54,519 nucleotides of DNA, taken from Actinomycetaceae bacterium (lineage in GTDB: Bacteria > Actinomycetota > Actinomycetes > Actinomycetales > Actinomycetaceae). A program made the translations under genes and the position numbers. The stretch spans positions 1 to 54,519 of the forward strand of contig JAGBKC010000025.1 of the NCBI GenBank assembly GCA_017934115.1. Reading direction: 5' to 3'. Of this stretch, positions 1 through 10,509 are shown piece by piece. The notes below the pieces were generated by a model. The model saw only the letters and a list, made by a program, of their open reading frames with translations, had not been told where the DNA came from and ran no database searches. The first letter of the stretch is position 1, and the number at the start of each line of letters is the position of its first letter.

Positions 1-363
<363 letters not shown>

Positions 364-377
364 ATTCGTGTCAGAGC

Positions 378-407
378 ATAGTGAACTAAAAGCGCCAAGT
401 TCACTAT
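378..407 (+). other. Perfect 10-bp stem / 10-nt loop hairpin in the rpoB-rpoC spacer (no T-run)
   Basis: ATAGTGAACT (378-387) and AGTTCACTAT (398-407) are exact reverse complements. No U-tract follows, so this is not a classical terminator. Confidence 0.3.
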
Positions 408-466
408 TGTCTCTGCTGTGAAGAATACTTGTTATGGCGTTTGGAAACTTGAGGAAGTAGGAAATC

Positions 467-3400
467 TTGCTCGACGTCAATCGTTTTGATAAGCTCCACA
501 TTGCTTTAGCTACAACTGAAAATATCCGTAGCTGGTCTCATGGTGAGGTAAAAAAGCCAGAAACCATTAATTACCGTACGCTAAAGCCAGAACGCGATGG
601 TTTGTTCTGTGAACGAATTTTTGGCCCTACACGTGATTGGGAATGCCAATGCGGTAAGTACAAGCGCCCTCGTTTCAAGGGAATTGTTTGTGAGCGCTGT
701 GGCGTTGAAGTTACACGTTCTAAGGTGCGCCGTGAACGCATGGGTCATATTGAATTGGCAGCACCTGTTACACATATTTGGTATTTCAAGGGCGTGCCTT
801 CTCGTTTGGGATATCTTCTTGATATCGCTCCAAAGGATTTGGAAAAGGTTATTTATTTTGCGGCTTATATGGTCACTGATGTGGACGAACAAGCTCGCCA
901 TGATGATCTTCCAACCTTGCGTGCTGATCTTGAAATCGAATTGAAAGCTCTTGAAAATGAGCGTGATGTCGCACTTGATGAGCGTCAAAAGAAACTCGAA
1001 AAAGATCTTGAAAATGCTGAACAAACTGGCGAAGATGTTGCAAAGATCAAACGTACTGCTAATAACGATTTAACGCGTATTCGCAAAGATTCTGAGCGTC
1101 ACATTGAGCGTTTGAACAACATGTGGGATCGCTTTACCAGCTTGACTGTTGGTGATTTAGAAGGCGACGAAGATCTTTACCGCGAAATGGAATTACGATA
1201 TTCCGATTATTTCTCCGCATGCCGTGGTGCAGAAGCTGTTCAAAAGCGCCTTCAAACTTTCGATTTACAAGCAGAGCATGACCGCTTGGTAGAAATCATT
1301 GAAACTGGTACTGCGCAGCGCAAAACACGCGCTTTGAAGCGCATCAAAGTCGTGAATGCTTTCTTGCAGTCTGGAACAAAGCCAGAATCAATGGTGTTAG
1401 ATGTTCTTCCTGTTATTCCACCTGATTTGCGTCCAATGGTCCAGTTGGATGGTGGACGTTTCGCAACATCTGATTTGAATGATTTGTACCGTCGTGTCAT
1501 TAACCGTAATAACCGCTTAAAGCGCATGATGGAACTCAATGCTCCAGAAATCATGGTGAACAACGAAAAGCGCATGTTACAAGAAGCCGTTGATGCTTTG
1601 TTGGATAATGGCCGCCGTGGTCGCCCAGTTCAAGGTGCTGGAAACCGTCCTTTGAAGTCCCTTTCCGATATGCTTAAGGGTAAGCAGGGACGTTTCCGTC
1701 AAAACTTGCTCGGTAAGCGTGTTGACTATTCAGGTCGTTCGGTTATCGTTGTTGGCCCTGAATTGAAACTCCATCAATGCGGTTTGCCAAAGATCATGGC
1801 GCTTGAATTGTTTAAGCCTTTTGTGCAAAAGCGTCTTGTTGATCTGGAAATTGCAAAGAATATTAAAGCTGCAAAGCGTTTGATCGATCGTCAGCGTGCA
1901 GAAGTGTGGGATGTTTTGGAAGAAGTCATTCAAGAACATCCAGTACTTTTGAACCGTGCGCCTACATTGCATCGTCTTGGTATTCAGGCCTTCGAACCTC
2001 AACTGGTTGAAGGTAAAGCTATTCGTTTGCATCCACTTGTGTGTGCTGCATTCAACGCTGATTTTGACGGTGATCAGATGGCTGTTCACTTGCCTTTGTC
2101 AGTTGAAGCGCAGGCTGAAGCGCGTATTTTGATGCTTTCTGCTAATAATATTTTGAAGCCTTCTGATGGTCGCCCTGTGACGATGCCTTCGCAGGACATG
2201 ATCATTGGCTTATATCATTTAACAAGCTTGCGCGAAGGTGAAGCAGGTGAGGGGCGCTACTTCTCTTCTATGGACGAAGCTCAGATGGCCTATGATTTGG
2301 GTGAATTACATCTGAACGCGTTGTGTAAGATCCGCTTTGAAGGCGATGTTCCACCTCCACGCCAGTGGGTAGCGCCTGAAAAGCATGAAGAAGGCGATAG
2401 CTATATTCTCGAAACAACATTAGGCCGTGCATTATTTAATGAAACGTTGCCATTGACATTCCCTTATGTCAATGAGGTTGTTGATAAGAAGAAGCTTGGC
2501 CAGATTGTCAATGAACTTGCTGAACGTCATGAAAAGGTTGAAGTTGGCGCTTCGTTGGATGCTTTGAAGCAAACAGGTTTTTACTGGGCAGGCCGCAGTG
2601 GTGTTTCCATTGCCGTTTCTGATGTTATTGTTCCAGATTCAAAGCCTGAAATCATCGCAGCTGCAGAAAAGAAGGCAGCAAAGATTGAAGAGCAGTTTAA
2701 CAAGGGTATGATTCTCGATCAAGATCGCCGTGAAGGTCTTGTGAAGCTCTGGGGCGATACGACAAATGAAATCGCTGAAGAGATGAAGAAAAATTTCGCT
2801 CCTTTGAATACTGTTAATCGAATGGTTGCATCTGGTGCTCGTGGTAACTGGGAACAGCTCCGTCAGATTGGCGGTATGCGTGGTCAGGTTGCTGATCCAA
2901 AGGGTACGATTATTCCTCGTCCAATTCAGTCGAATTACCGTGAAGGCCTTTCGGTTCTTGAATACTTCATTGCTACTCACGGTGCACGTAAGGGCTTGGC
3001 TGATACAGCTCTTCGTACAGCTGATTCGGGGTATTTGACTCGTCGTCTTGTTGATGTTTCTCAAGACGTTATCGTACGCGAACACGATTGTGGTACATCT
3101 GCTGGTTTGAAGAAACGTATTGCTTACGTAGATGAAAACAAGAATCTCGTTCCAGATGAAATGCTTGATACAGCTGTTTATGCACGTATTCTTGCTAAAG
3201 ATGTTATCGATGATAACGGCGATGTTATTGCTAAGGCCGGTATTGACCTTGGAGATGAAGCAATTGAAAAGCTTATCGATTCTGGTGTTACAGAAGTAAC
3301 TGTGCGTAGCGTGCTTACATGCCAGTCGAAATCTGGTACGTGTGCTTTGTGCTATGGACGCTCTATGGCAACAGGTAAGCTGGTTGATATTGGGGAAGCT

Positions 3401-4351
3401 GTGGGTATTGTTGCTGCACAGTCGATTGGTGAGCCTGGTACACAGTTAACAATGCGTACCTTCCACACTGGTGGTTCTGCATCGGCTGATGACATCACTC
3501 AGGGTCTTCCACGTGTTCAAGAACTTTTTGAAGCTCGCACGCCAAAGGGCGAAGCTCCTATTTCCGAGGCAGCTGGCACTTTACGTATTGAAGACGGTGA
3601 ACGCACTCGTAAGCTTATTGTTGTTCGTGACGGTGCTAGTGAAGATGAAGATTTGATTTATTCCGCATCTATGAACGCAAAGCTCCTCGTTCAAGAGGGT
3701 GAAGCTGTTCAGCCTGGTCAACAGCTTGTTGAAGGTAGTGTTGATCCAAAGAAGGTTTTGCGTATTTCAGGGCGCCGTAAGGCACAGCAACATATTGTTG
3801 ATGAAGTGCAGCAAGTTTACCGCAGCCAGGGTGTGGAAATCCATGACAAGCATATTGAAGTGATTGTGCGTCAGATGCTTCGCCGCGTTACTGTTTTGGA
3901 AGCTGGAACAACTGATCTTCTTCCAGGTGAACTTGTTGATGTGACGATCTTCGAAAATGCTAATCGCGAAGCAATTGCTCAAGGTGGCAAGCCTGCAATG
4001 GGACGCCCAGAACTCATGGGTATCACAAAGGCCTCCTTGGCGACAGATTCTTGGCTTTCTGCAGCATCCTTCCAGGAAACAACGAAGGTGCTCACAGAGG
4101 CAGCTTTGAACTCTAAGAACGATCCGCTCTTAGGTTTGAAAGAAAACGTTATTCTCGGTAAGCTCATTCCTGCTGGTACTGGTTTGGAACATCTTCGTTC
4201 TGTGAAGGTCGAACCAACAGCTGAGGCTCGAGTTGAATTCGAGAAAACAATTGGTTTCAATAATCAAGAGAATGATTACATTGATGATGGCTTTGGATAT
4301 GGCGATTATTCAGTGTTTGATTTGAACTCAGGTTATGGAACTACGTATTAA
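467..4351 (+). CDS. rpoC: DNA-directed RNA polymerase beta' subunit
   Basis: 1294-aa ORF with TTG start preceded by GAGGAAG. It carries the catalytic [12 protein letters not shown] motif and the zinc-binding CxCGK...CERCGVEV N-terminus. Confidence 0.97.
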   Translation: MLDVNRFDKLHIALATTENIRSWSHGEVKKPETINYRTLKPERDGLFCERIFGPTRDWECQCGKYKRPRFKGIVCERCGVEVTRSKVRRERMGHIELAAPVTHIWYFKGVPSRLGYLLDIAPKDLEKVIYFAAYMVTDVDEQARHDDLPTLRADLEIELKALENERDVALDERQKKLEKDLENAEQTGEDVAKIKRTANNDLTRIRKDSERHIERLNNMWDRFTSLTVGDLEGDEDLYREMELRYSDYFSACRGAEAVQKRLQTFDLQAEHDRLVEIIETGTAQRKTRALKRIKVVNAFLQSGTKPESMVLDVLPVIPPDLRPMVQLDGGRFATSDLNDLYRRVINRNNRLKRMMELNAPEIMVNNEKRMLQEAVDALLDNGRRGRPVQGAGNRPLKSLSDMLKGKQGRFRQNLLGKRVDYSGRSVIVVGPELKLHQCGLPKIMALELFKPFVQKRLVDLEIAKNIKAAKRLIDRQRAEVWDVLEEVIQEHPVLLNRAPTLHRLGIQAFEPQLVEGKAIRLHPLVCAAFNADFDGDQMAVHLPLSVEAQAEARILMLSANNILKPSDGRPVTMPSQDMIIGLYHLTSLREGEAGEGRYFSSMDEAQMAYDLGELHLNALCKIRFEGDVPPPRQWVAPEKHEEGDSYILETTLGRALFNETLPLTFPYVNEVVDKKKLGQIVNELAERHEKVEVGASLDALKQTGFYWAGRSGVSIAVSDVIVPDSKPEIIAAAEKKAAKIEEQFNKGMILDQDRREGLVKLWGDTTNEIAEEMKKNFAPLNTVNRMVASGARGNWEQLRQIGGMRGQVADPKGTIIPRPIQSNYREGLSVLEYFIATHGARKGLADTALRTADSGYLTRRLVDVSQDVIVREHDCGTSAGLKKRIAYVDENKNLVPDEMLDTAVYARILAKDVIDDNGDVIAKAGIDLGDEAIEKLIDSGVTEVTVRSVLTCQSKSGTCALCYGRSMATGKLVDIGEAVGIVAAQSIGEPGTQLTMRTFHTGGSASADDITQGLPRVQELFEARTPKGEAPISEAAGTLRIEDGERTRKLIVVRDGASEDEDLIYSASMNAKLLVQEGEAVQPGQQLVEGSVDPKKVLRISGRRKAQQHIVDEVQQVYRSQGVEIHDKHIEVIVRQMLRRVTVLEAGTTDLLPGELVDVTIFENANREAIAQGGKPAMGRPELMGITKASLATDSWLSAASFQETTKVLTEAALNSKNDPLLGLKENVILGKLIPAGTGLEHLRSVKVEPTAEARVEFEKTIGFNNQENDYIDDGFGYGDYSVFDLNSGYGTTY

Positions 4352-4585
4352 ACGAGAGCTTGTTGTTTGTGAAGTGAGCTGACGTTTCGCGAACAACAAG
4401 ACATCGGCCGTTATACGCGGGTTGCTTCTCGTTTGTGGTAATGCCTACTTTTCTAACGAGTTGGCGTGATAACGGCTAATCTTGTGAGAGTTGCTAGTAA
4501 GTGCTTTCACGCTTTCTTAGTTGCATCACTAAGAGGGCTGCTTTTGCGGTTATGTTGCAAACTGCAAGGGCAAAGCGTTTGTCTA

Positions 4586-4591
4586 TATAAT
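4586..4591 (+). promoter_or_regulatory. Possible -10 hexamer (TATAAT) for the rpsL operon
   Basis: TATAAT lies about 22 nt upstream of the rpsL GTG and just before the AGGAG RBS (4601-4605). There is no convincing -35 at 17-nt spacing. Confidence 0.25.
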
Positions 4592-4612
4592 GAATTACTC
4601 AGGAGAAAAAGA

Positions 4613-4987
4613 GTGCCTACAATTCAGCAGTTGGTCCGTAAGGGCCGCTCTTCAAAGCTCCGCTCGTCAAGTACGGCAGCTTTGAAAGGAAGCCCTCAGC
4701 GTCGTGGCGTATGTACACGTGTATTCACAACGACGCCAAAGAAGCCTAATTCGGCTCTACGTAAGGTTGCCCGTGTTCGTCTTTCTTCGGGCATTGAAGT
4801 GACAGCTTATATTCCTGGTGAAGGTCATAATCTTCAGGAACACTCCATCGTTCTTGTTCGTGGTGGTCGTGTGCGTGACCTTCCTGGTGTGCGTTATAAG
4901 ATTGTTCGCGGCGCACTTGATACTCAAGGTGTTAAAGGCCGTCAACAAGCTCGTTCTCGCTATGGTGCTAAGAAGGAGAAGAAGTAA
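4613..4987 (+). CDS. rpsL: 30S ribosomal protein S12
   Basis: GTG at 4613 is 7 nt after AGGAG and gives a 124-aa product (V/M)[11 protein letters not shown]...[11 protein letters not shown]...[13 protein letters not shown]. The longer ORF starting at 4466 is a non-homologous 5' extension. Confidence 0.95.
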   Translation: MPTIQQLVRKGRSSKLRSSSTAALKGSPQRRGVCTRVFTTTPKKPNSALRKVARVRLSSGIEVTAYIPGEGHNLQEHSIVLVRGGRVRDLPGVRYKIVRGALDTQGVKGRQQARSRYGAKKEKK

Positions 4988-5457
4988 TGCCACGTAAAGG
5001 TCCTGTTCGTAAGCGTCCATTAGTTGCCGATCCTATTTACGGCTCTCCGCTTGTTACTCAGCTTGTTAATCGTGTTCTTCTTGACGGTAAGAAGTCTGTT
5101 GCGCAGCGCATTGTTTATGGTGCATTAGAAGGTGTTGCAGAAAAATCTGGTCAGGAACCTTTAACTGTTCTTAAGCGCGCTATGGATAATATTCGTCCAT
5201 CTCTCGAAGTTCGTTCACGCCGTGTTGGTGGTGCTACATATCAGGTTCCTGTTGATGTGAAGCCTGCTCGTGCAACCACTCTTGCATTGCGCTGGTTGGT
5301 TGATTATTCACGACTTCGCCGAGAAAAGACAATGACAGAGCGCTTAATGAACGAAATTCTTGATGCTTCTAACGGTCTTGGTGCTGCTGTGAAGCGTCGT
5401 GAAGATACACATCGTATGGCAGAATCCAACAAGGCATTTGCTCACTACCGCTGGTAG
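4987..5457 (+). CDS. rpsG: 30S ribosomal protein S7
   Basis: 156 aa, [10 protein letters not shown]..., with the ATG overlapping the rpsL stop (TAATG). Confidence 0.97.
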   Translation: MPRKGPVRKRPLVADPIYGSPLVTQLVNRVLLDGKKSVAQRIVYGALEGVAEKSGQEPLTVLKRAMDNIRPSLEVRSRRVGGATYQVPVDVKPARATTLALRWLVDYSRLRREKTMTERLMNEILDASNGLGAAVKRREDTHRMAESNKAFAHYRW

Positions 5458-5488
5458 GGCGAACCTTTAGAAAAGGAAGAAAAGAACT

Positions 5489-7615
5489 ATGGCACATGAT
5501 GTTCTTACAGACCTGAAGAAGGTTCGTAACTTCGGTATTATGGCTCATATTGATGCCGGTAAAACTACATGTACAGAACGTATTTTGTACTACACAGGCA
5601 TCAACTATAAGATTGGTGAAACCCACGATGGTGGTTCTACTACCGACTGGATGGAACAAGAAAAAGAGCGCGGTATTACTATTACTTCCGCAGCAGTAAC
5701 AGCTTTCTGGAAGAATACTCAGTTCAATATTATTGACACCCCAGGCCACGTTGATTTCACGGTTGAAGTGGAACGTTCTTTGCGTGTTCTTGACGGCGCT
5801 GTCGCTGTTTTTGACGGTAAGGAAGGCGTGGAGCCACAGTCAGAGACTGTATGGCGTCAGGCTGACAAGTACGATGTTCCTCGTATTTGTTTCATTAACA
5901 AGATGGATAAACTTGGTGCTGATTTTGATTTCTCTGTTCAAACTTTGAAGGATCGTCTTCAAGCAACACCAGTGATCATGACTTTCCCAATTGGTGCGGA
6001 AAATGATTTCGAAGGTGTTGTTGATGTTCTTAAACAGAAGGCTATTTACTTCCCAGAGAAGGATGAAAAAGGCAACCCAACAATGGGTAATATCCTTGAA
6101 GAACGTGAAATTCCAGAAGATCTTAAAGCACGTGCAGAAGAATACTTCACTGAAGCTATGGAAAGCGCTGGTGAAGCAAATGAAGAGTTGATGGAGAAGT
6201 ATCTTGAAAATGGAGAACTCACCATCGACGAAATCAAAGAGGGCATTCGTATCCGTACACTTTCTTCGGATATTTACCCAGTTTACTGCGGTAGTGCTTA
6301 TAAGAATAAGGGTGTTCAGCCAATGCTTGATGGTGTGGTTGACTTCCTTCCTTCACCTCTTGATATCCCTGCTATTAAGGGTTTCAAGCCAGGTAAAGAA
6401 GATGAAGGTTACACTGAAGAACGCAAGGCAGATGAAAAAGAACCATTTGCAGCTCTTGCCTTCAAAGTCGCTGTTCATCCTTTCTATGGAAAACTTACCT
6501 ATGTTCGTGTTTACTCTGGTAAAGCAGAACAAGGTGCGCAAGTCCTTAATGCTACAAAGGGCAAGAAAGAACGCATCGGTAAGATGTTCCAAATGAAATC
6601 TAACGAAGAAATTCCTGTTGAAGTTGCACATGCAGGTCATATTTATGCCTTTGTTGGCTTAAAGGAAACAACGACAGGCGATACTTTGTGTGTTCAAAGT
6701 GACCCGGTTGTTTTGGAATCAATGACATTCCCAGAACCTGTTATTCATCAGGCGGTCGAGCCTAAGTCAAAGGGCGACCAAGAAAAACTTTCCATTGGCC
6801 TTCAGAAGTTGGCTGAGGAAGATCCAACATTTACTGTCCGTCAGGACGAAGAATCTGGTCAAACCGTGATTGGTGGTATGGGTGAACTTCACCTTGACAT
6901 CATCATTGACCGCCTCCGCCGTGAGTTCAAGGTGGAAGCTAATGTTGGTGCACCGATGGTGTCCTATCGTGAAACAATCCGCAAGGCTGTTGAACGAGTT
7001 GAATATACGCACAAGAAACAGACCGGTGGTTCTGGTCAGTTCGCTCGTGTTATCTGCTCTTTCGAGCCTTTGGAAGAAACAGAAGACGGTTCATTCTACG
7101 AATTCGTTGATAATGTTACTGGCGGTCGTGTTCCACGTGAATACATCCCATCGGTTGATCAAGGCATTCAAGAAGCTATGCAGGCAGGCGTGTTAGCTGG
7201 CTATCCTCTTGTTGGTGTTAAGGCAACACTTGAGGACGGTGCTTATCACGATGTCGATTCTTCGGAAATGGCATTCAAGATTGCTGGAAATCAAGTATTC
7301 AAAGAAGGTGCAAAGAGGGCAAATCCTGTTCTTCTTGAACCTATCATGGATGTGGAAGTGCGCACACCCGAAGAGTACATGGGTGATGTTATTGGTGATT
7401 TGAACTCTCGCCGTGGCATGATTAAATCCATGGAAGATGCGACGGGTGTGAAGATCGTCCGCGCAAATGTACCGCTCAGCGAGATGTTTGGTTACATCGG
7501 TGACCTTCGTTCTAAGACGCAGGGTCGCGCTGTGTATACAATGCAATTTGACTCCTATGCTGAAGTTCCAAAGGCTGTGGCAGATGAAGTCATCAGTAAA
7601 GCCCGGGGCGAGTGA
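5489..7615 (+). CDS. fusA: Elongation factor G
   Basis: 708 aa with the G1 motif AHIDAGKTT and DTPGHVDF, in str-operon position. Confidence 0.97.
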   Translation: MAHDVLTDLKKVRNFGIMAHIDAGKTTCTERILYYTGINYKIGETHDGGSTTDWMEQEKERGITITSAAVTAFWKNTQFNIIDTPGHVDFTVEVERSLRVLDGAVAVFDGKEGVEPQSETVWRQADKYDVPRICFINKMDKLGADFDFSVQTLKDRLQATPVIMTFPIGAENDFEGVVDVLKQKAIYFPEKDEKGNPTMGNILEEREIPEDLKARAEEYFTEAMESAGEANEELMEKYLENGELTIDEIKEGIRIRTLSSDIYPVYCGSAYKNKGVQPMLDGVVDFLPSPLDIPAIKGFKPGKEDEGYTEERKADEKEPFAALAFKVAVHPFYGKLTYVRVYSGKAEQGAQVLNATKGKKERIGKMFQMKSNEEIPVEVAHAGHIYAFVGLKETTTGDTLCVQSDPVVLESMTFPEPVIHQAVEPKSKGDQEKLSIGLQKLAEEDPTFTVRQDEESGQTVIGGMGELHLDIIIDRLRREFKVEANVGAPMVSYRETIRKAVERVEYTHKKQTGGSGQFARVICSFEPLEETEDGSFYEFVDNVTGGRVPREYIPSVDQGIQEAMQAGVLAGYPLVGVKATLEDGAYHDVDSSEMAFKIAGNQVFKEGAKRANPVLLEPIMDVEVRTPEEYMGDVIGDLNSRRGMIKSMEDATGVKIVRANVPLSEMFGYIGDLRSKTQGRAVYTMQFDSYAEVPKAVADEVISKARGE

Positions 7616-7713
7616 CGTTCCAGCGCTTAAGTTGCTAAAATGATAAAACGTAAGTAAGAACTTGAACTACAATCTTGTAGTGAAAGTCCAATAACTAGTC
7701 CCAGGAGGGCAAA

Positions 7714-8904
7714 GTGGCAAAGGCCAAGTACGATAAGTCCAAGCCGCATATGAATATCGGCACCATCGGTCACGTTGATCACGGTAAGACAACTCTTACT
7801 GCTGCAATTACAAAGGTTCTTGCAGATAAGTATCCGGATCTTAACGAATATACACCTTTCGAAAACGTTGATAACGCTCCTGAAGAGCGCGATCGTGGCA
7901 TCACTATCAACGTTTCCCACGTTGAATATCAAACAGAAAAGCGTCACTATGCACACGTTGATGCTCCAGGCCACGCTGATTATGTGAAGAACATGATTAC
8001 AGGTGCTGCTCAGATGGACGGCGCAATCCTTGTTGTTGCTGCAACTGACGGCCCAATGGCTCAGACACGTGAGCACATCCTTCTTGCTCGCCAGGTTGGC
8101 GTGCCAAACATTCTTGTTGCTCTTAACAAGTCTGATATGGTCGACGACGAAGAACTCATCGAGCTCGTTGAAATGGAAATCCGTGAGGCTCTTTCCAACA
8201 ACGATTACGATGGCGACAACCTCCCAGTTGTGAAGGTTTCCGCATTGAAGGCTCTCGAAGGCGATGCGCAGTGGGTCGCAGCTGTTGAAGAGCTCATGAA
8301 CCAGGTTGATACATACTTCCCAGATCCAGTTCGCGATCTCGATAAGCCATTCCTCATGCCTATCGAAGACGTCTTCACTATTACTGGCCGTGGTACAGTT
8401 GTTACTGGTCGTGTTGAGCGCGGTCAGCTCAACATCAACGAAGAAGTCGAGATCATTGGTCTTCGTGAAACACAAACAACAACTGTTACAGGTATCGAAA
8501 TGTTCCACAAGCAAATGGACGTTGCTGATGCCGGTGAAAACTGCGGTCTTCTTCTCCGTGGTACAAAGCGTGAGGAAGTTGAACGTGGTCAGGTTGTTGC
8601 ACGCCCAGGTACTGTTACACCTCACACAGACTTCGAAGCACAGGTTTATGTGTTGAAGAAGGAAGAAGGTGGACGTCACAACCCATTCTTCTCGAACTAT
8701 CGCCCACAGTTCTACTTCCGTACAACAGACGTTACAGGCGTTATCACTCTTCCAGAAGGTACCGAAATGGTTATGCCTGGCGATAACACTGAAATGCATA
8801 TTGAGCTTATTCAGCCAATTGCTATGGAAGAAGGTCTCGGCTTCGCTATTCGTGAAGGTGGCCGTACTGTTGGTTCTGGTCGTGTTATCAAGATCAACAA
8901 GTAG
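7714..8904 (+). CDS. tuf: Elongation factor Tu
   Basis: 396 aa with GTG start after AGGAGG, plus [17 protein letters not shown] and NKSD motifs. Confidence 0.98.
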   Translation: MAKAKYDKSKPHMNIGTIGHVDHGKTTLTAAITKVLADKYPDLNEYTPFENVDNAPEERDRGITINVSHVEYQTEKRHYAHVDAPGHADYVKNMITGAAQMDGAILVVAATDGPMAQTREHILLARQVGVPNILVALNKSDMVDDEELIELVEMEIREALSNNDYDGDNLPVVKVSALKALEGDAQWVAAVEELMNQVDTYFPDPVRDLDKPFLMPIEDVFTITGRGTVVTGRVERGQLNINEEVEIIGLRETQTTTVTGIEMFHKQMDVADAGENCGLLLRGTKREEVERGQVVARPGTVTPHTDFEAQVYVLKKEEGGRHNPFFSNYRPQFYFRTTDVTGVITLPEGTEMVMPGDNTEMHIELIQPIAMEEGLGFAIREGGRTVGSGRVIKINK

Positions 8905-8935
8905 TTTCCTAGCGAATCGCTAAAAAAACTTTTAA

Positions 8936-8961
8936 GGCTTGCAGATATGCAGGCCTTTTTT
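8936..8961 (+). terminator. Rho-independent terminator of tuf
   Basis: GGCTTGCA (8936-8943), loop GATA, TGCAGGCC (8948-8955) with one G.U pair, then T6 (8956-8961). Confidence 0.8.
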
Positions 8962-9303
8962 GTTGGATATGTAGTATTTTGGGGAGATAAAACAGGACTG
9001 TGACGTGAAAGAAAGGATGTCCCGTTATGTCAGGCAAGTGTCGTCTAAGAAAGTTTTTAGGAGTTTAAGCATCAGGTGTGTTGTTGTGTGATTCTGAGAA
9101 ATCAGTTGTCGACCTTTCAGTGATTGTGATATTGATGTGTTGAGTGTTCATCGCAGGATTATCTCTGTAAAAAAAGATTGCGAATTTATTTTGCAACTGA
9201 TTTAGCAATGAAACTTTCACGGAAATATGTTCGCAGTATCTATTTTGACTGACGCGAGATATAGTGATAATGCAAAAGTATATCTTTTTTATGGTATTTT
9301 GCT

Positions 9304-9309
9304 ATAATT
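9304..9309 (+). promoter_or_regulatory. Possible -10 (TATAAT) of the dinJ-yafQ promoter, followed by the TACTAGTA/AGTACT palindromes
   Basis: TATAAT lies 43 nt upstream of ATG 9352. The overlapping palindromes TACTAGTA (9311-9318) and AGTACT (9315-9320) sit between it and the RBS. The 9-mer ATGCAAAAG occurs on both sides (9270-9278 and 9332-9340). Confidence 0.3.
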
Positions 9310-9351
9310 TTACTAGTACTAATATATTGTTATGCAAAAGGAGTGGAAGAA

Positions 9352-9624
9352 ATGACTACGGTAGGTATCAGTTTTAAGACTGACGCAGAAATAAAACGTG
9401 AAGCGGAAATTGTTTTAGGTGAGCTTGGCATATCCATGTCGGCGGCGCTCAACATTTTTTTGCGTGCCGTTGTGCGAGAAAATGGTATGCCCATCAATTT
9501 GCACCTCATACAGTTCAACCAAAGGACACGTGATGCTATAGAAGAGGGAGAACGCATCGCTTATGATGAAACAGTTCCTGCATATTCGTCCATGGAAGAA
9601 TTGAAGAAAGCACTTCTTTCATGA
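9352..9624 (+). CDS. Type II antitoxin, RelB/DinJ family (ribbon-helix-helix)
   Basis: MTTVGISFKTDAEIKREAEIVLGELGISMSAALNIFLRAVVRENGMPI is typical of DinJ/RelB. The ATG is 8 nt after AAAGGAG; the track ORF starts 9 nt earlier at GTG 9343. A 4-nt ATGA overlap links it to the toxin gene. Confidence 0.85.
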   Translation: MTTVGISFKTDAEIKREAEIVLGELGISMSAALNIFLRAVVRENGMPINLHLIQFNQRTRDAIEEGERIAYDETVPAYSSMEELKKALLS

Positions 9625-9902
9625 AATACAGTATCAAATTTACAAAGAGTTTCAAAAAAGACCTCAAGAAAGCACAAAAACAAGGAAAAGATCTTGACCT
9701 TTTATGGGGTGTGGTAGAAAAACTGGCAAACGCAGAACCATTAGAAGAAAAATACCGTGACCATCACCTTACTGGAAATAAGAAAAGATTGCGCGAATGT
9801 CACATAGAGTCAGACTGGCTACTGATTTACGCAGTTTATGATGATGTTCTAGTGCTAGCGCTCAACAGGGTAGGTTCACATTCTGAACTGTTCAAAAAAT
9901 GA
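9621..9902 (+). CDS. Type II toxin, YafQ/RelE-family mRNA interferase
   Basis: 93 aa. The ...YRDHHLTGNKKRLRECHIESDWLLIYAVYDDVLVLALNRVGSHSELF pattern matches YafQ-family toxins (DH.L.G...R.CHI..DWLLIY...R.GSHS.LF). Confidence 0.85.
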   Translation: MKYSIKFTKSFKKDLKKAQKQGKDLDLLWGVVEKLANAEPLEEKYRDHHLTGNKKRLRECHIESDWLLIYAVYDDVLVLALNRVGSHSELFKK

Positions 9903-10112
9903 CGCAAACTTTAAAACGAAAATGCAGAGTTTATGCGGAATGACAGTATTTTGAAAAAGCGATTTCAGTGAATTTGGAGGAAAATCAGGCTCTTGAAATG
10001 AAGAAAACAGTGAAATTTTGCTGTTTTGACTGGATATGTATCTGCCGGAATAGTACTACATTATTTTTCCTTTGTATCTTCACTTATGTTCTGATTCACT
10101 AGATTGAAAATA

Positions 10113-10139
10113 CTTGCAGATATTCTGCAAGCCTTTTTT
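10113..10139 (+). terminator. Rho-independent terminator, a near copy of the tuf terminator
   Basis: CTTGCAG (10113-10119), loop ATATT, CTGCAAG (10125-10131), CC, then T6 (10134-10139). Confidence 0.65.
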
Positions 10140-10447
10140 GTATATAAATGACTTGTTTTGTGAAAACTATGCAATTAGAGTTTATTATTTTTGTGTATTG
10201 TTGAATGTGTTTTTAGATGTAGATACTTATTTAGGGGTACTGCTCTCTTGCAGTTATGTAAAACTGCACATGTACTAATAAACTGAGGGTGATTTATGTC
10301 TGGTATATCGAGGCGTGTTTGTTTACTACTTTCCTTAAAATATATGCGATACGTAGTGGTAAGTGATAAAAAAGGAATTGACGACTAAGTGTTGATATGA
10401 GCAAATAATGAACACTGGTCAATAAAACTTGCTAAAAAATTGTCTTT

Positions 10448-10453
10448 TATAAT
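10448..10453 (+). promoter_or_regulatory. Possible -10 (TATAAT) upstream of the R-M operon
   Basis: TATAAT lies 57 nt upstream of ATG 10510. TTGCTA at 10429-10434 is only 13 nt away, which is sub-optimal spacing. The 10-mer AGTGATAAAA flanks the region (10362-10371 and 10461-10470). Confidence 0.25.
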
Positions 10454-10509
10454 AGTGTAGAGTGATAAAAGAGCAGATCATAGATATTAAGTGGATGATA
10501 GGTGTATGT

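Noticed and set aside
4466-4612. 5' extension of the rpsL ORF (173-aa version)
   Set aside because: The extra 49 residues are non-homologous and hydrophobic or Arg-rich. GTG 4613 with an AGGAG RBS gives the canonical 124-aa S12.
7627-8799. 390-aa ORF on the minus strand
   Set aside because: It is entirely antisense to tuf. The product is low-complexity and Cys/Val/Asn-rich with no motifs. It is a typical shadow ORF of a highly codon-biased gene.
9330-9557. 75-aa minus-strand ORF
   Set aside because: It is antisense to the DinJ/RelB antitoxin gene, with no signals and no motif.
8963-10041. Shared 10-mer TGGATATGTA at 8963-8972 and 10032-10041, considered as an extension of the duplicated terminator
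   Set aside because: It is not collinear: it follows the first terminator but precedes the second. It is probably coincidental.
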